Shown piece by piece: positions 1 through 8,692 of a stretch of DNA of 64,000 nucleotides; position 1 is the stretch's first letter, and each line of letters opens with the position of its first letter. The stretch is from Vicinamibacteria bacterium (GTDB lineage Bacteria > Acidobacteriota > Vicinamibacteria > Fen-336), in NCBI GenBank assembly GCA_035577965.1, contig DATJYX010000131.1, positions 14,629-78,628 on the forward strand. Direction: 5' to 3'. The position numbers and the translations under genes were made by a program. The notes beneath the pieces were generated by a model. That model was not told the DNA's origin. It ran no database searches and saw nothing but the letters and a program-made list of their open reading frames with translations.

Positions 1-420
1 GACGTCGTTCGATCCCGCCTTCGTCATCTCCGCCTGAGCGGCGGCGGGGCCCGAGACGCTCAGGCGCAGACGATAGTCGCCGGTGCGGGCGATCCCGAGG
101 GCGTAGACCGCCTCTCCGATGCCGCCCTTCGACCGGATCCGTGGCCGCCCGTCCTCCTCGAACGTCTCGAGGCGCTGGCCCCGAACGTAGCGGTCGGCCG
201 TCCAGGAGCGGCTGTCCCGGCCGGAGAGCGTCGCGAAGACCTGGGCTGCGGTGTCGTTGACGCCGGACGCGTCGGCCAGGAGGTCGAGGCCGCGCACCAT
301 CATCCGCGCCCACTCGGCGTGGGAGATCGCGGCCGAGGGCCGGACGTCCCCGTAAAGGGGCAGCAAGGCCACGACGGCCACCCCGGCCAGGAGCGCGATC
401 GCCCGGAACCCTCGCACCGA
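1..420 (-). CDS. hypothetical protein, 5' part only; N-terminal hydrophobic segment suggests export (gene continues past window start)
   Basis: Reverse-complement translation from GTG near 420 gives VRGFRAIALLAGVAVVALLPLYG... and stays open to position 1, with GC-rich third codon positions. No family recognised. Confidence 0.4.
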
Positions 421-491
421 ACCCCCTCGCGGTCCCGGGCCTCGGGAGGGCGGCCCGGCTGGCGGCGGCGAGGGCTCCCCAGGCCCCCGGT

Positions 492-2078
492 TTGACAACG
501 CCGCAAGCCCAAACCTACGCTCGTTCGGTGGCCGAGTCAAAGGCGCGGGGCTTCCTTCGGGAGCTCGCGGCCTCCGGCGGCCTGCCCCCCCTGCCGGGCG
601 GCCTCGCCGCGCCGGCCGTCGCGCAGGCGGCCCGGGAGCAGGGGATGATCGGCGTGCTGCTCGCCGCGGTCGAGCGCGGCCGCCCCGAGTGGGCAGCCCC
701 CCTCGTCGAACCCCTGGCGTCCGAGCGGCGGGAGCTCCTCGTCCGGACCCTCGGTCAGCTCGGCCTCGCCGCCCGCGTCCTCGCGCTGCTCGCGGCCCGT
801 GGGATCCGCGGACTTCCGCTGAAGGGGGCGGCGCTCGCCGAGACGGCGTACGACGTGGAGTCGGACCGGCCGATGTCGGACGTGGACGTCCTCGTGCTCG
901 AGCGGTTTACGGAGGCTCTGACGGTCCTTCGCGCCGCCGGCTTCGTCGACCTCACTCGCGGCGACCACGCGTGGGTGCTGCGCGACCCGGACCGCGCCGG
1001 CATCGTCGAGCTCCACCGCAGCGTCGTCTCCGCACCCGGCCTCTTCCCGTTCGATCCGGACGGCGTCTGGGCACGGCGCCGGGCGGGGCGCGGCCAGATC
1101 CACGACCGGCCGTCGGCCGAGGACCTGCTGCTGCATCTGGCCCTGCACGCCGCCTTCCAGCACGGGCTGGTGCTGTCACTCGTCCAGTGGCTCGACTTCC
1201 GTCGCGTGCTCGAGCGCGAGTCGATCGACCCCGCGCGCGTCCTCTCCCTCGCCGCCTCCACCCGTGCCGAGGCTCCGCTCGCCGCCGCCCTCCTCGTCGC
1301 CGAGGCCGTGGTGGACGCCCCGGTTCCCGCCGCTCTCCGGCCGCGCCTGCCGCCTCGCCTGCGCCGGCGCCTCGAGGGGCGCCTCGGCGACCCGCTCGGC
1401 TTCGTCGCGCCGGCCGAGCCCGACGTCGCGCGGGTGCGATGGGAGCTGCTGGCCGGCCGCCGGACGGAGCTGCTCTGGCGGACGCTGGTGCAGCCCGAGA
1501 CGCCGGCGGGCGACGTGCGGCTCCCCGCGCGGCTCCTGTTCGCCCTCGGCCGCGGCCTCCGCCTCGCGCGAGGAGGCGGGGCGACGCCGGGGATCGCTGC
1601 CGCCCACGACCTCGGAGAGGCGCCCCCGCCCGCCCCGGGGGACGGGCCTCGTGAGGTGCCGTTCAGCGAGGAGCTGCTGCGGGACTGCCTGGGCTCCTTC
1701 CCTCACGTCCGGCTCACCGTCACCGGCCGGTGCATGGAGCCGGCGCTGCGCCACGGCGAGAAGGTGCACCTCGTCGGCTCCTCGCGTCGCGCACCGCGCG
1801 TGGGCGACATCGTGCTCGCCCGGCAGAAGGACGGCCTGCGGCTCCACCGCCTCGTCTGGGGCCCCCCGCTCGCCCTCCGCGGGAGCGCGTGGCGGACGAA
1901 GGCCGACCGCGGCCTGCTGCTCGATCCCCCGCTCGCGGCCGCCGACGTGCTCGCCTCGGTCGAGTCCGTTGAGGAACGTCCCGGCGCCCGCTCGCGCCGC
2001 GCCGGCCGAGCCCTCCTGTCCCTCGCCGGCGGCATCGCCGCCCGGCTCCGCCGTGCTCGCGCCGAGGCCGCGCCTTGA
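492..2078 (+). CDS. nucleotidyltransferase family protein (PF14907-like N-terminal ~380 aa) fused to a C-terminal S24/S26 LexA/signal-peptidase-like domain
   Basis: 528-aa ORF with TTG start. N-terminal part has motifs typical of the uncharacterised NTP_transf_5 family that co-occurs with PqqD (GAALAETAYDVESDRPMSDVDVLV). C-terminal ~100 aa (TGRCMEPALRHGEKVHLVGS...VGDIVLARQKDGLRLHRLVW) resembles an S24 peptidase beta-barrel. Confidence 0.6.
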   Translation: MTTPQAQTYARSVAESKARGFLRELAASGGLPPLPGGLAAPAVAQAAREQGMIGVLLAAVERGRPEWAAPLVEPLASERRELLVRTLGQLGLAARVLALLAARGIRGLPLKGAALAETAYDVESDRPMSDVDVLVLERFTEALTVLRAAGFVDLTRGDHAWVLRDPDRAGIVELHRSVVSAPGLFPFDPDGVWARRRAGRGQIHDRPSAEDLLLHLALHAAFQHGLVLSLVQWLDFRRVLERESIDPARVLSLAASTRAEAPLAAALLVAEAVVDAPVPAALRPRLPPRLRRRLEGRLGDPLGFVAPAEPDVARVRWELLAGRRTELLWRTLVQPETPAGDVRLPARLLFALGRGLRLARGGGATPGIAAAHDLGEAPPPAPGDGPREVPFSEELLRDCLGSFPHVRLTVTGRCMEPALRHGEKVHLVGSSRRAPRVGDIVLARQKDGLRLHRLVWGPPLALRGSAWRTKADRGLLLDPPLAAADVLASVESVEERPGARSRRAGRALLSLAGGIAARLRRARAEAAP

Positions 2079-2383
2079 GACGGCCTCGCCCCGGGCAGGT
2101 CTTCTCCCGCTCGACGCGCCTCGTGGGCCGGCGGATCGGCGACCGGTACGTCCTCGTGCCCGTCGTCGGGGAGGGGGCCGACCTCGACTCCGTCCTCGAC
2201 CTCGACCGCGTCGCGGCCTTCGTCTGGGACGAGCTGCAGGAGCCGCGCACCGGGGCCGCGATCGTCGACGCGATCGTCGAGCGGTTCGAGGTCGAGCGGG
2301 AGCGGGCCGAGGGCGACCTCGCCTTTCTCCTCGAGAGGCTCGTCGCGGCGAACGCGGTCGTGGCCGCCGGCGAGCGTCGTTGA
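2075..2383 (+). CDS. PqqD family protein (RiPP recognition element-like peptide chaperone)
   Basis: 102-aa ORF whose ATGA start overlaps the upstream stop. RYVLVPVVGEGADLDSVLDLDRVAAFVWDELQEPRTGAAIVDAIVERFEV is a typical PqqD/RRE signature. Confidence 0.7.
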   Translation: MRRPRPGQVFSRSTRLVGRRIGDRYVLVPVVGEGADLDSVLDLDRVAAFVWDELQEPRTGAAIVDAIVERFEVERERAEGDLAFLLERLVAANAVVAAGERR

Positions 2384-2417
2384 CAGCCCTTCCGGGGCGG
2401 GTCTAGGCTGAGCGTCC

Positions 2418-2885
2418 ATGACCCTCCCCGCCGGGCGCGAAGAGCGGCAGGTGCTCGCCGCCTACCTCGAGCGGCATCGCCTGAAGCGGAGCGCCCAGCG
2501 CGAGGCCATCCTCGACGCCTTCCTGAGGGCGGGACACCACGTCTCGGTCGAGGACCTCCTGAAGATCGTCCGGCGCCGCCACCCGGACGTCGGCCGCACC
2601 ACGATCTACCGCACCCTGAAGCTCTTCCGCGAGGCGGGCCTCGCGAGCGAGCTCGCCTTCGGGGACGAGGCCCGCTTCGAGCCGCTCTGGAACCGCGACC
2701 ACCACGACCACTTCGTCTGCGTCTCGTGCGGCGAGATCCTCGAGTTCCAGAGCCCCGAGATCGAGCGCCTCCAGACGGAGATCGCGGAGAGGGTCGGCTT
2801 CAAGGTGGAAGGGCACCGGCACACGATCTTCGGCCGGTGCCGCCGGTGCGCGGCGAAGCCCGCGCGCGAGGCGCGGGGGCGGTAG
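2418..2885 (+). CDS. Fur family transcriptional regulator (Fur/Zur/PerR type)
   Basis: 155 aa with HHVSVEDLLKIV, GRTTIYRTLKLF, HHDHFVCVSCG and metal-binding His/Cys motifs. Confidence 0.85.
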   Translation: MTLPAGREERQVLAAYLERHRLKRSAQREAILDAFLRAGHHVSVEDLLKIVRRRHPDVGRTTIYRTLKLFREAGLASELAFGDEARFEPLWNRDHHDHFVCVSCGEILEFQSPEIERLQTEIAERVGFKVEGHRHTIFGRCRRCAAKPAREARGR

Positions 2886-2944
2886 GCCCTCGCGGGGGCG
2901 CGGCCCGGTCGAGCCTCGAGGTGGACGGCCCCGGTCGGCGCGCC

Positions 2945-4057
2945 ATGAGGATCGACGCGGTCGAGGTTCGACGGGTCACCCTTCCGCTGCGCTTCCCGTT
3001 CGAGACGTCGTTCAGCCGCACCACGACCAAGCAGTTCCTCCTCGTCTCCGTTTCCGCGGACGGCCTCGTCGGCCACGCCGAGTGCGTGGCCGACGCCGAT
3101 CCCTTCTACCTGCCGGAGACGAACGTCACCGCCCTCCACGTCCTCCGGGACTTCCTCGTCCCGATGGCGTTCGCCCTCGAGATCGGCCACCCGAGCGAGG
3201 TGCTCCCGGCCTTCTCCCGCGTGCGCGGCCACGAGATGGCGAAGGCGGCGCTCGAGATGGCGGTGTGGGATCTGTGGGCGCGGAGGGACGGCGTGCCCTT
3301 GTGGCGGGCCCTCGGGGGTCGGGGCGGGGAGATCCGGGCCGGCGTCTCGGTCGGCTTGCAGAAAGACGACGCAGCCCTCCTCGAGGCGGTCGAGCGCGAG
3401 GTTTCGGCCGGTTACCGGCGGGTGAAGGTCAAGATCAAGCCGGGACGGGACGTGGCCCTCGTCGAAGCGATCCGCGGGCGCTTCCCCCGGCTGCCGCTCA
3501 TGGTGGACGCCAACAGTGCCTACACGCTGCGGGAGGCCGACCACCTCGCCGCGCTCGACCGGTTCTCGCTCACCATGATCGAGCAGCCTCTCGGGTGGGA
3601 CGACATCGTCGACCACGCCGTGCTGCAGAAGCGCATCGAGACCGCGATCTGCCTCGACGAGTCGATCCGGTCCGCGGACGACGCCCGGCGCGCCCTGGAG
3701 ATCGGCGCCTGCCGCGTCGTCAACGTGAAGGTCGGGCGCGTCGGCGGCCTCTCGGGGGCCCTTGCCGTCCACGACGTGTGCCGGGCGCGCGGCGTCCCCG
3801 TGTGGTGCGGCGGGATGCTGGAGTCGGGCGTCGGCCGCCTGGCCAACGTGCACCTCCAGACGCTGCCCGGCTTCACCCTCCCCGGCGACACTGCGGCGAG
3901 CGAGCGGTACTTCGAGGAGGACCTCGTCGACCCGCCGGTCGTCGTCTCGGGGGAAGGCACGATCGAGGTGCCCGAGGGCCCCGGCATCGGCCACGCGATC
4001 GTCTGGTCCCGGGTGGAGCGGGCCTCAGACTTCCACGAGACCTGGCGCCGGCCGTAG
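2945..4057 (+). CDS. enolase-superfamily enzyme (o-succinylbenzoate synthase / N-succinylamino acid racemase-like)
   Basis: Proposed start MRIDAVEVRRVTLPLRFPFETS; the upstream part of the track ORF overlaps the Fur gene. Contains KVKIKPGRD and MVDANSAYTL...IEQPLGWDDI...ICLDESI, typical of the MR/MLE family. Confidence 0.75.
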   Translation: MRIDAVEVRRVTLPLRFPFETSFSRTTTKQFLLVSVSADGLVGHAECVADADPFYLPETNVTALHVLRDFLVPMAFALEIGHPSEVLPAFSRVRGHEMAKAALEMAVWDLWARRDGVPLWRALGGRGGEIRAGVSVGLQKDDAALLEAVEREVSAGYRRVKVKIKPGRDVALVEAIRGRFPRLPLMVDANSAYTLREADHLAALDRFSLTMIEQPLGWDDIVDHAVLQKRIETAICLDESIRSADDARRALEIGACRVVNVKVGRVGGLSGALAVHDVCRARGVPVWCGGMLESGVGRLANVHLQTLPGFTLPGDTAASERYFEEDLVDPPVVVSGEGTIEVPEGPGIGHAIVWSRVERASDFHETWRRP

Positions 4058-4075
4058 TCGGCGCGGCCCGCTACA

Positions 4076-4648
4076 ATGAGAAGCGGAGAAGGCATGGTGC
4101 CGCGCCTCGAGATGAAGAGCGCGTTGCGGACGGTCACGGTGGTGCTGGTCGTCGTGGCGGCGGCCTTCGCCTACGTCCACCTCGCCGAGAACCGGGGCTA
4201 CGCTCTCAAGGCGGGGAGCGCGGCGCCCCCCTTCCGCCTGCCCTCGCTCGCCGGAGGAGCCCTCGACCTGGGCTCCCAGCGCGGGAAGATCGTGGTGCTC
4301 AACTTCTGGGCGACCTGGTGCCCGCCCTGCGTCGCCGAGATGCCGTCCCTCGAGCGGCTCCACCGCACCCTCTCGCCCGAGGGGCTCGCGGTGGTCACGG
4401 TCTCGACCGACGAGGACGAGGCCGAGCTGCGGCGCTTCGTGACTGAGCGCGCGCTCACGCTCCCCGTGCTGAAGGACCCCGGCGGGCGGACCGCCGCGGA
4501 TCTCTACCGCACCACCGGGTACCCGGAGACGTTCGTGCTCGACCGCGCCGGGCGGCTGCTCGAGCACGTCGTGGGCCCGGCCGAGTGGGACTCGGCGGCG
4601 CGCCTGGCCGGCCTCAGGCGGCTCCTGAAGGACGACTCGCACCGCTGA
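4076..4648 (+). CDS. TlpA/ResA-like thiol-disulfide oxidoreductase (thioredoxin fold, membrane anchored)
   Basis: N-terminal TM helix and VLNFWATWCPPC active site. Confidence 0.8.
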   Translation: MRSGEGMVPRLEMKSALRTVTVVLVVVAAAFAYVHLAENRGYALKAGSAAPPFRLPSLAGGALDLGSQRGKIVVLNFWATWCPPCVAEMPSLERLHRTLSPEGLAVVTVSTDEDEAELRRFVTERALTLPVLKDPGGRTAADLYRTTGYPETFVLDRAGRLLEHVVGPAEWDSAARLAGLRRLLKDDSHR

Positions 4649-4655
4649 CGCGGCG

Positions 4656-5981
4656 TCAGCTCCCGCGCCGCCGTTCCAGGATCGCCTTCACCGCCCCGAC
4701 GAGGTAGAGGCTGCCCGCGACGACCACCACCGTCCCCGGCCCGCGAGCCCGGGCGAGGCCGCGGGCGAGAGCCAGGGCGCGGGCGACGCTCGGCTCGAGG
4801 TCCGCGCGGGAGCCGAGGCGGCCGGCGCGCCGGGCCAGATCGGACGGCGTTGCCGCGCGGGCGACCCGCGGACGGGTGAGGACGACCGCGGCCGCCAGCG
4901 GGAAGAGGGCGCGGGCCAGGCCGGCGACGTCCTTGTCGGCCATGGCCCCGAAGACGAGGACGAACGGCGGGCCGTCGGCGAGGTGTGCGGCGAGGGCCCG
5001 CGCTCCGGCAGGGTTGTGGGCGCCGTCGAGGAGAAGGGGCGGGTCGCCGGGGACGCGCTCCAGACGACCGGGCCACCGCGTGCGGGCGACGGCCTCCGGG
5101 ACCTTCGAGAGGTCGATCGGGATCCCCGCGCGCTTCGCCTCCTCGAGGAGCCGCACCGCGACGATCAGGTTGTCGCGCTGGTGCGCCCCGGGCAGCGGCC
5201 GGAGACCAGGGTAGGCGGCCGTCGGCGTGACCAGGCCGAAGGTCGCCGCCGCGCGAGCCGAGGTCCGACCCTCGCCCCTGTCGAACGTGCGGGCGCCGCG
5301 CCGCGCCTCGACGAGTCGCGCTCCCACCTCGCGCGCCCGCGCGCGAACGACCCGCCGCGCGTCGTCGGAGAGAGGGCCGACCACGGTCGAGCGGCCGGGC
5401 CTCATCACCCCCGCCTTCTCCCGGGCGATGGCGGCGAGCGTCCGGCCGAGGTACACCTCGTGGTCGAGGTCGATGCTGACGATCGCCGAGGCGAGGGGCT
5501 CGGCGACGTTCGTGGCGTCGAGCCGTCCGCCGAGGCCCACCTCGAGCACCGCCGCGTCGACGCGCTCCCGGCGGAAGTGCGCGAAGGCGGCCGCGGTCAG
5601 GACCTCGAAGAACGTCGGGTGCGCCCCGAGGACGCCGCGGCGGACGAGGCGCTCGGCGGCGTCCCGCACCGCGCGTACGGCGGCCTCGAACCCGGGGTCG
5701 CCGATGTCGCGGCCGTCGACCGCGATGCGCTCGTTCACCCGCACGAGGTGGGGCGACGTGTAGCGCCCGGTGCGGAGGCCCGAGGCGCGCAGCGCCGCGT
5801 CGCAGTACGCCGCCACCGAGCCCTTGCCGTTCGTTCCCGCGACGAGCAGCGTCGGGTACGCCCGCTCGGGGTGCCCCATCTCGGCGACGAGCGCCCGCAT
5901 CGTCTCGAGGCCGAACTTCATCCCGAACCGGACGCGGCGGGCGAGATAGAGACCGGCGACCCGGTGAGCCGGCAGAGCCAT
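4656..5981 (-). CDS. folC: bifunctional folylpolyglutamate synthase / dihydrofolate synthase
   Basis: 441 aa with LLVAGTNGKGSVAAY P-loop and Mur-ligase-like C-terminal domain. Confidence 0.8.
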   Translation of the reverse strand: MALPAHRVAGLYLARRVRFGMKFGLETMRALVAEMGHPERAYPTLLVAGTNGKGSVAAYCDAALRASGLRTGRYTSPHLVRVNERIAVDGRDIGDPGFEAAVRAVRDAAERLVRRGVLGAHPTFFEVLTAAAFAHFRRERVDAAVLEVGLGGRLDATNVAEPLASAIVSIDLDHEVYLGRTLAAIAREKAGVMRPGRSTVVGPLSDDARRVVRARAREVGARLVEARRGARTFDRGEGRTSARAAATFGLVTPTAAYPGLRPLPGAHQRDNLIVAVRLLEEAKRAGIPIDLSKVPEAVARTRWPGRLERVPGDPPLLLDGAHNPAGARALAAHLADGPPFVLVFGAMADKDVAGLARALFPLAAAVVLTRPRVARAATPSDLARRAGRLGSRADLEPSVARALALARGLARARGPGTVVVVAGSLYLVGAVKAILERRRGS

Positions 5982-6197
5982 GACTGGCCGAGCCTATCAG
6001 GGGTCGGCATCACGCACCCATGAGCAGAGCGATGGCCACGACACGGCCAGGGAGAGCCAGGGTCGAGCCCTGCCGAACGGACTTCCGACACCGTCTTCGG
6101 TGCCCGCGAGGAGAGGCAAGCGGGAACGGAATAGAGAGTCGAAGAACGGGCCAGATATCCCTCGAGCGCCGGCAGGGGACCGCCCTCGAGAGAGCAT

Positions 6198-6225
6198 GTG
6201 TGGAAAAGTGGAAGAAAGTGTGGAA
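6198..6225 (+). promoter_or_regulatory. three direct GTGG repeats at ~10-bp spacing, MraZ-operator-like, upstream of first mraZ
   Basis: Sequence GTGTGGAAAAGTGGAAGAAAGTGTGGAATA lies immediately 5' of the mraZ GTG start. Confidence 0.45.
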
Positions 6226-6240
6226 TACTCCCAGCCCGCT

Positions 6241-6732
6241 GTGTTCAAAGGCACTTACCGTCACCGGATCGATGCCAAAGGCCGGCTGCCCGTGCCGGCG
6301 GCGTTTCGGCGGGAGCTGGGGGAGCGCGGGCTTCTCGTGCTCACCCTCCTCGACCAGTGTCTCGCCGCGTACGCCCCGTCCGAGTGGGCGCGGCTCGAGT
6401 CCCAGCTCGCCGCTCTGCCCTCGTTCAGCAAGCCGGTGAAGGCTCTCACTCGCCTCCTCGCCAGCCGCGCCGCCGACTGCGAGATCGACGTCCAGGGACG
6501 GATCCTGCTCCCTCCCGGTCTCCGAAAGGGAGCCGGCCTCGCGCGCGATGCGGTCGTCGTGGGTGTCCTCAATCGGTTCGAGGTCTGGTCCCCGGAGGCC
6601 TGGGATTCATTCATCCGGGAGTCCGAGCGCCTCCTCGACGACGTGTCCCTCGACGTCTCGTGGCCCCTCCCACCCGCCTCTCCGGCCCCCTCGGCCGGGG
6701 GCGGCGATCCACAGGCGAAACCCAACGGTTAG
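6241..6732 (+). CDS. mraZ: transcriptional regulator MraZ (copy 1)
   Basis: VFKGTYRHRIDAKGRLPVPAAFRRELG plus a second DxxGR half (EIDVQGRILLPPGLR). GTG start chosen so that the repeats lie upstream. Confidence 0.8.
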   Translation: MFKGTYRHRIDAKGRLPVPAAFRRELGERGLLVLTLLDQCLAAYAPSEWARLESQLAALPSFSKPVKALTRLLASRAADCEIDVQGRILLPPGLRKGAGLARDAVVVGVLNRFEVWSPEAWDSFIRESERLLDDVSLDVSWPLPPASPAPSAGGGDPQAKPNG

Positions 6733-6756
6733 TGCGGTTTCGCCTTGACAGCCCCC

Positions 6757-6792
6757 TGTGGGCCGTCTAGACTCCCTGTGGAAATTTGTGGA
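6757..6792 (+). promoter_or_regulatory. second set of direct TGTGG repeats (MraZ-box-like) upstream of second mraZ
   Basis: CTGTGGGCC...CCTGTGGAAATTTGTGGAGCGC, with repeat spacing of 20 and 10 bp. Confidence 0.4.
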
Positions 6793-6860
6793 GCGCAATG
6801 GTTCGACTGCCGCCCGACGTGGGCGGCGGGGGAACCAATCCGCGCGAAACGGGTGTCGGC

Positions 6861-7304
6861 ATGCTGCGGGGAAACCATCCGGCGCGCATCGACGACAAGG
6901 GACGGCTGAAAGTCCCGAACGGCTTCCGCTCGCTCATCGAGTCGCAGTGGGGTCAGGAGCTCTTCGTCACGAGCGTGGCCGGTGACTTCGTGAGGCTCTA
7001 CCCGATGGCGGTGTGGATCGAGATCGAGCGCCGCCTCGCCGCCGTGCCCTCGACGCACCCGTCGAAGCTGCGCTTCCTCGACCGCGTGAACTTCTTCGGC
7101 CAGGCGGCGACGATGGACCGCCAGGGCCGGATCGTGATCCCGCCGCTGCTGCGCGAGAGCGCGGCGATGGCGGGCGAAGTGAGCGTCCTCGGCCTGCAGA
7201 ACCACCTCGCGGTGTGGAACCTCAGGCGCCTGCAGGAGCGGCTCTTCAAGAAGGAGCCGTTCACCGACGAGGACGGGAGGCTCCTCGCCGAGTATGGGAT
7301 CTGA
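6861..7304 (+). CDS. mraZ: transcriptional regulator MraZ (copy 2, tandem paralog)
   Basis: MLRGNHPARIDDKGRLKVPNGFRSL...MDRQGRIVIPPLLRE, the two-repeat MraZ architecture. Protein is diverged from copy 1. Confidence 0.8.
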   Translation: MLRGNHPARIDDKGRLKVPNGFRSLIESQWGQELFVTSVAGDFVRLYPMAVWIEIERRLAAVPSTHPSKLRFLDRVNFFGQAATMDRQGRIVIPPLLRESAAMAGEVSVLGLQNHLAVWNLRRLQERLFKKEPFTDEDGRLLAEYGI

Positions 7305-8187
7305 TGCGGGCCACGTCCCGGTCCTCCTCGAAGAGACGCTGGAGCTCGTCGCGGTGAGGCCGGGAGGGCTCTGGGTCGATGGCACGGTGGGCCTCGGCGG
7401 CCACGCCGAGGCCGTGCTCCGTGCGGCGTCGCCCGGCGGGCGCCTCCTCGGCCTCGACCGGGACGGCGAGACGCTCCCTCGCGCCCGGGAGCGCCTCGCC
7501 GAGTTCGGGGGGCGCGTCCGGCTCGAGCAGGCCGACTACCGCGAGATCCCCGACCGGCTCGGCGGAGAAGAGGCCGACGGGATCGTGCTCGACCTCGGCG
7601 TCTCCTCCGCCCAGCTCGACGAGCCCGAGCGCGGCTTCAGCTTCCAGGCCGAGGGCCCGCTCGACATGCGGATGGACCGCTCGCGCGGAGTGACGGCCGC
7701 CGATCTCGTGAACCGCCTGCGGGAGGCCGAGCTCGCCGACCTCCTCTACGCCTGCGGCGAGGAGCCCGCCTCGCGGCGCATCGCCCGAGCGATCGTCTCC
7801 GCTCGGGAGCGGAAGCCCATCACGACCACCACCGAGCTCGCCGACGTCGTGCGCCGCGCCGCAAGGCGCTCCCGCCGCCCCGGCCTCCACCCGGCGACGC
7901 GCACGTTCCAGGCCCTGCGCGTCCGGGTGAACCGCGAGCTCGACTCCCTCGGCGAGGCCGTGGAGCGCATCGCCGGCTGCCTGAAGCCGGGCGGCCGCAT
8001 GGTCGTGATCGCCTTCCACTCCCTCGAGGACCGTGCCGTCAAGGAGGCGTTCCGCGCCCTCGGCGGACGGGGATACCGCGTGCTCACGCGCAAGCCGGTC
8101 CGGCCCGGCGAAGCCGAGGTCCGGAGGAACCCCCGGGCCCGGAGCGCCCGGCTGCGCGCCGTCGCGCGCGAGGAGGCCGCGGCGTGA
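7294..8187 (+). CDS. rsmH: 16S rRNA (cytosine1402-N4)-methyltransferase
   Basis: Typical RsmH N-terminus (GHVPVLLEE...DGTVGLGGH) and dcw-cluster position. Overlaps mraZ2 by ~11 nt. Confidence 0.9.
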   Translation: MGSDAGHVPVLLEETLELVAVRPGGLWVDGTVGLGGHAEAVLRAASPGGRLLGLDRDGETLPRARERLAEFGGRVRLEQADYREIPDRLGGEEADGIVLDLGVSSAQLDEPERGFSFQAEGPLDMRMDRSRGVTAADLVNRLREAELADLLYACGEEPASRRIARAIVSARERKPITTTTELADVVRRAARRSRRPGLHPATRTFQALRVRVNRELDSLGEAVERIAGCLKPGGRMVVIAFHSLEDRAVKEAFRALGGRGYRVLTRKPVRPGEAEVRRNPRARSARLRAVAREEAAA

Positions 8188-8618
8188 GGGAAGAGCCCGT
8201 CGTGCGGATCGGCAAGCCCGTCGACAACTCGCGCGTGGTGCGGCAGGTGGACCCGCGCTCGCGGCGCGAGATCCTCCTCCTGATCGTGCTCGGGGCGGTC
8301 GTGGCCGCCTTCCTCGGCCTCTACGCCTGGCCCGCGCTGGAGATCCGGCGCGCCGGGCAGGCGGGGGTGGACCTCGACCGCGAGAAGCAGCGCCTCGTCG
8401 AGGAGAACCGCAAGCTGCGCCTGGAGAAGGCCGCCCTCGAGAACCTGCGCCGCGTCGAAGAGGTCGCGGGCAAGGAGCTGGGCCTCGCCGCTCCGCCCCC
8501 CGAACGGTCGATCGTCGTCGAGGTCGAGAAGCCCCGTCCTGCCGGCCAGACGGTCGCCGGCGAGACGGCGCCCCGTCGTGAGGCCCGGGGCGCCGAGCGG
8601 CCGGAGGTGAGGCCCTGA
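8184..8618 (+). CDS. ftsL: cell division protein FtsL-like (single TM plus coiled coil)
   Basis: GTGA overlap with rsmH stop. TM helix LLLIVLGAVVAAFLGLYAW followed by coiled coil (EKQRLVEENRKLRLEKAALENLRR). Position between rsmH and ftsI. Confidence 0.6.
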   Translation: MREEPVVRIGKPVDNSRVVRQVDPRSRREILLLIVLGAVVAAFLGLYAWPALEIRRAGQAGVDLDREKQRLVEENRKLRLEKAALENLRRVEEVAGKELGLAAPPPERSIVVEVEKPRPAGQTVAGETAPRREARGAERPEVRP

Positions 8619-8692
8619 GGGACGCCCGCCCGCTCCTCGTCCCCCCGGCCCTGGCCGAGGAGGGACCCACGCCGCGCGAGAGGAAGACGCGC

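Noticed and set aside
300-512. 70-aa minus-strand ORF at the window start
   Set aside because: It overlaps, out of frame, the partial minus-strand gene (1..420) that has better coding statistics and a signal-peptide-like N-terminus.
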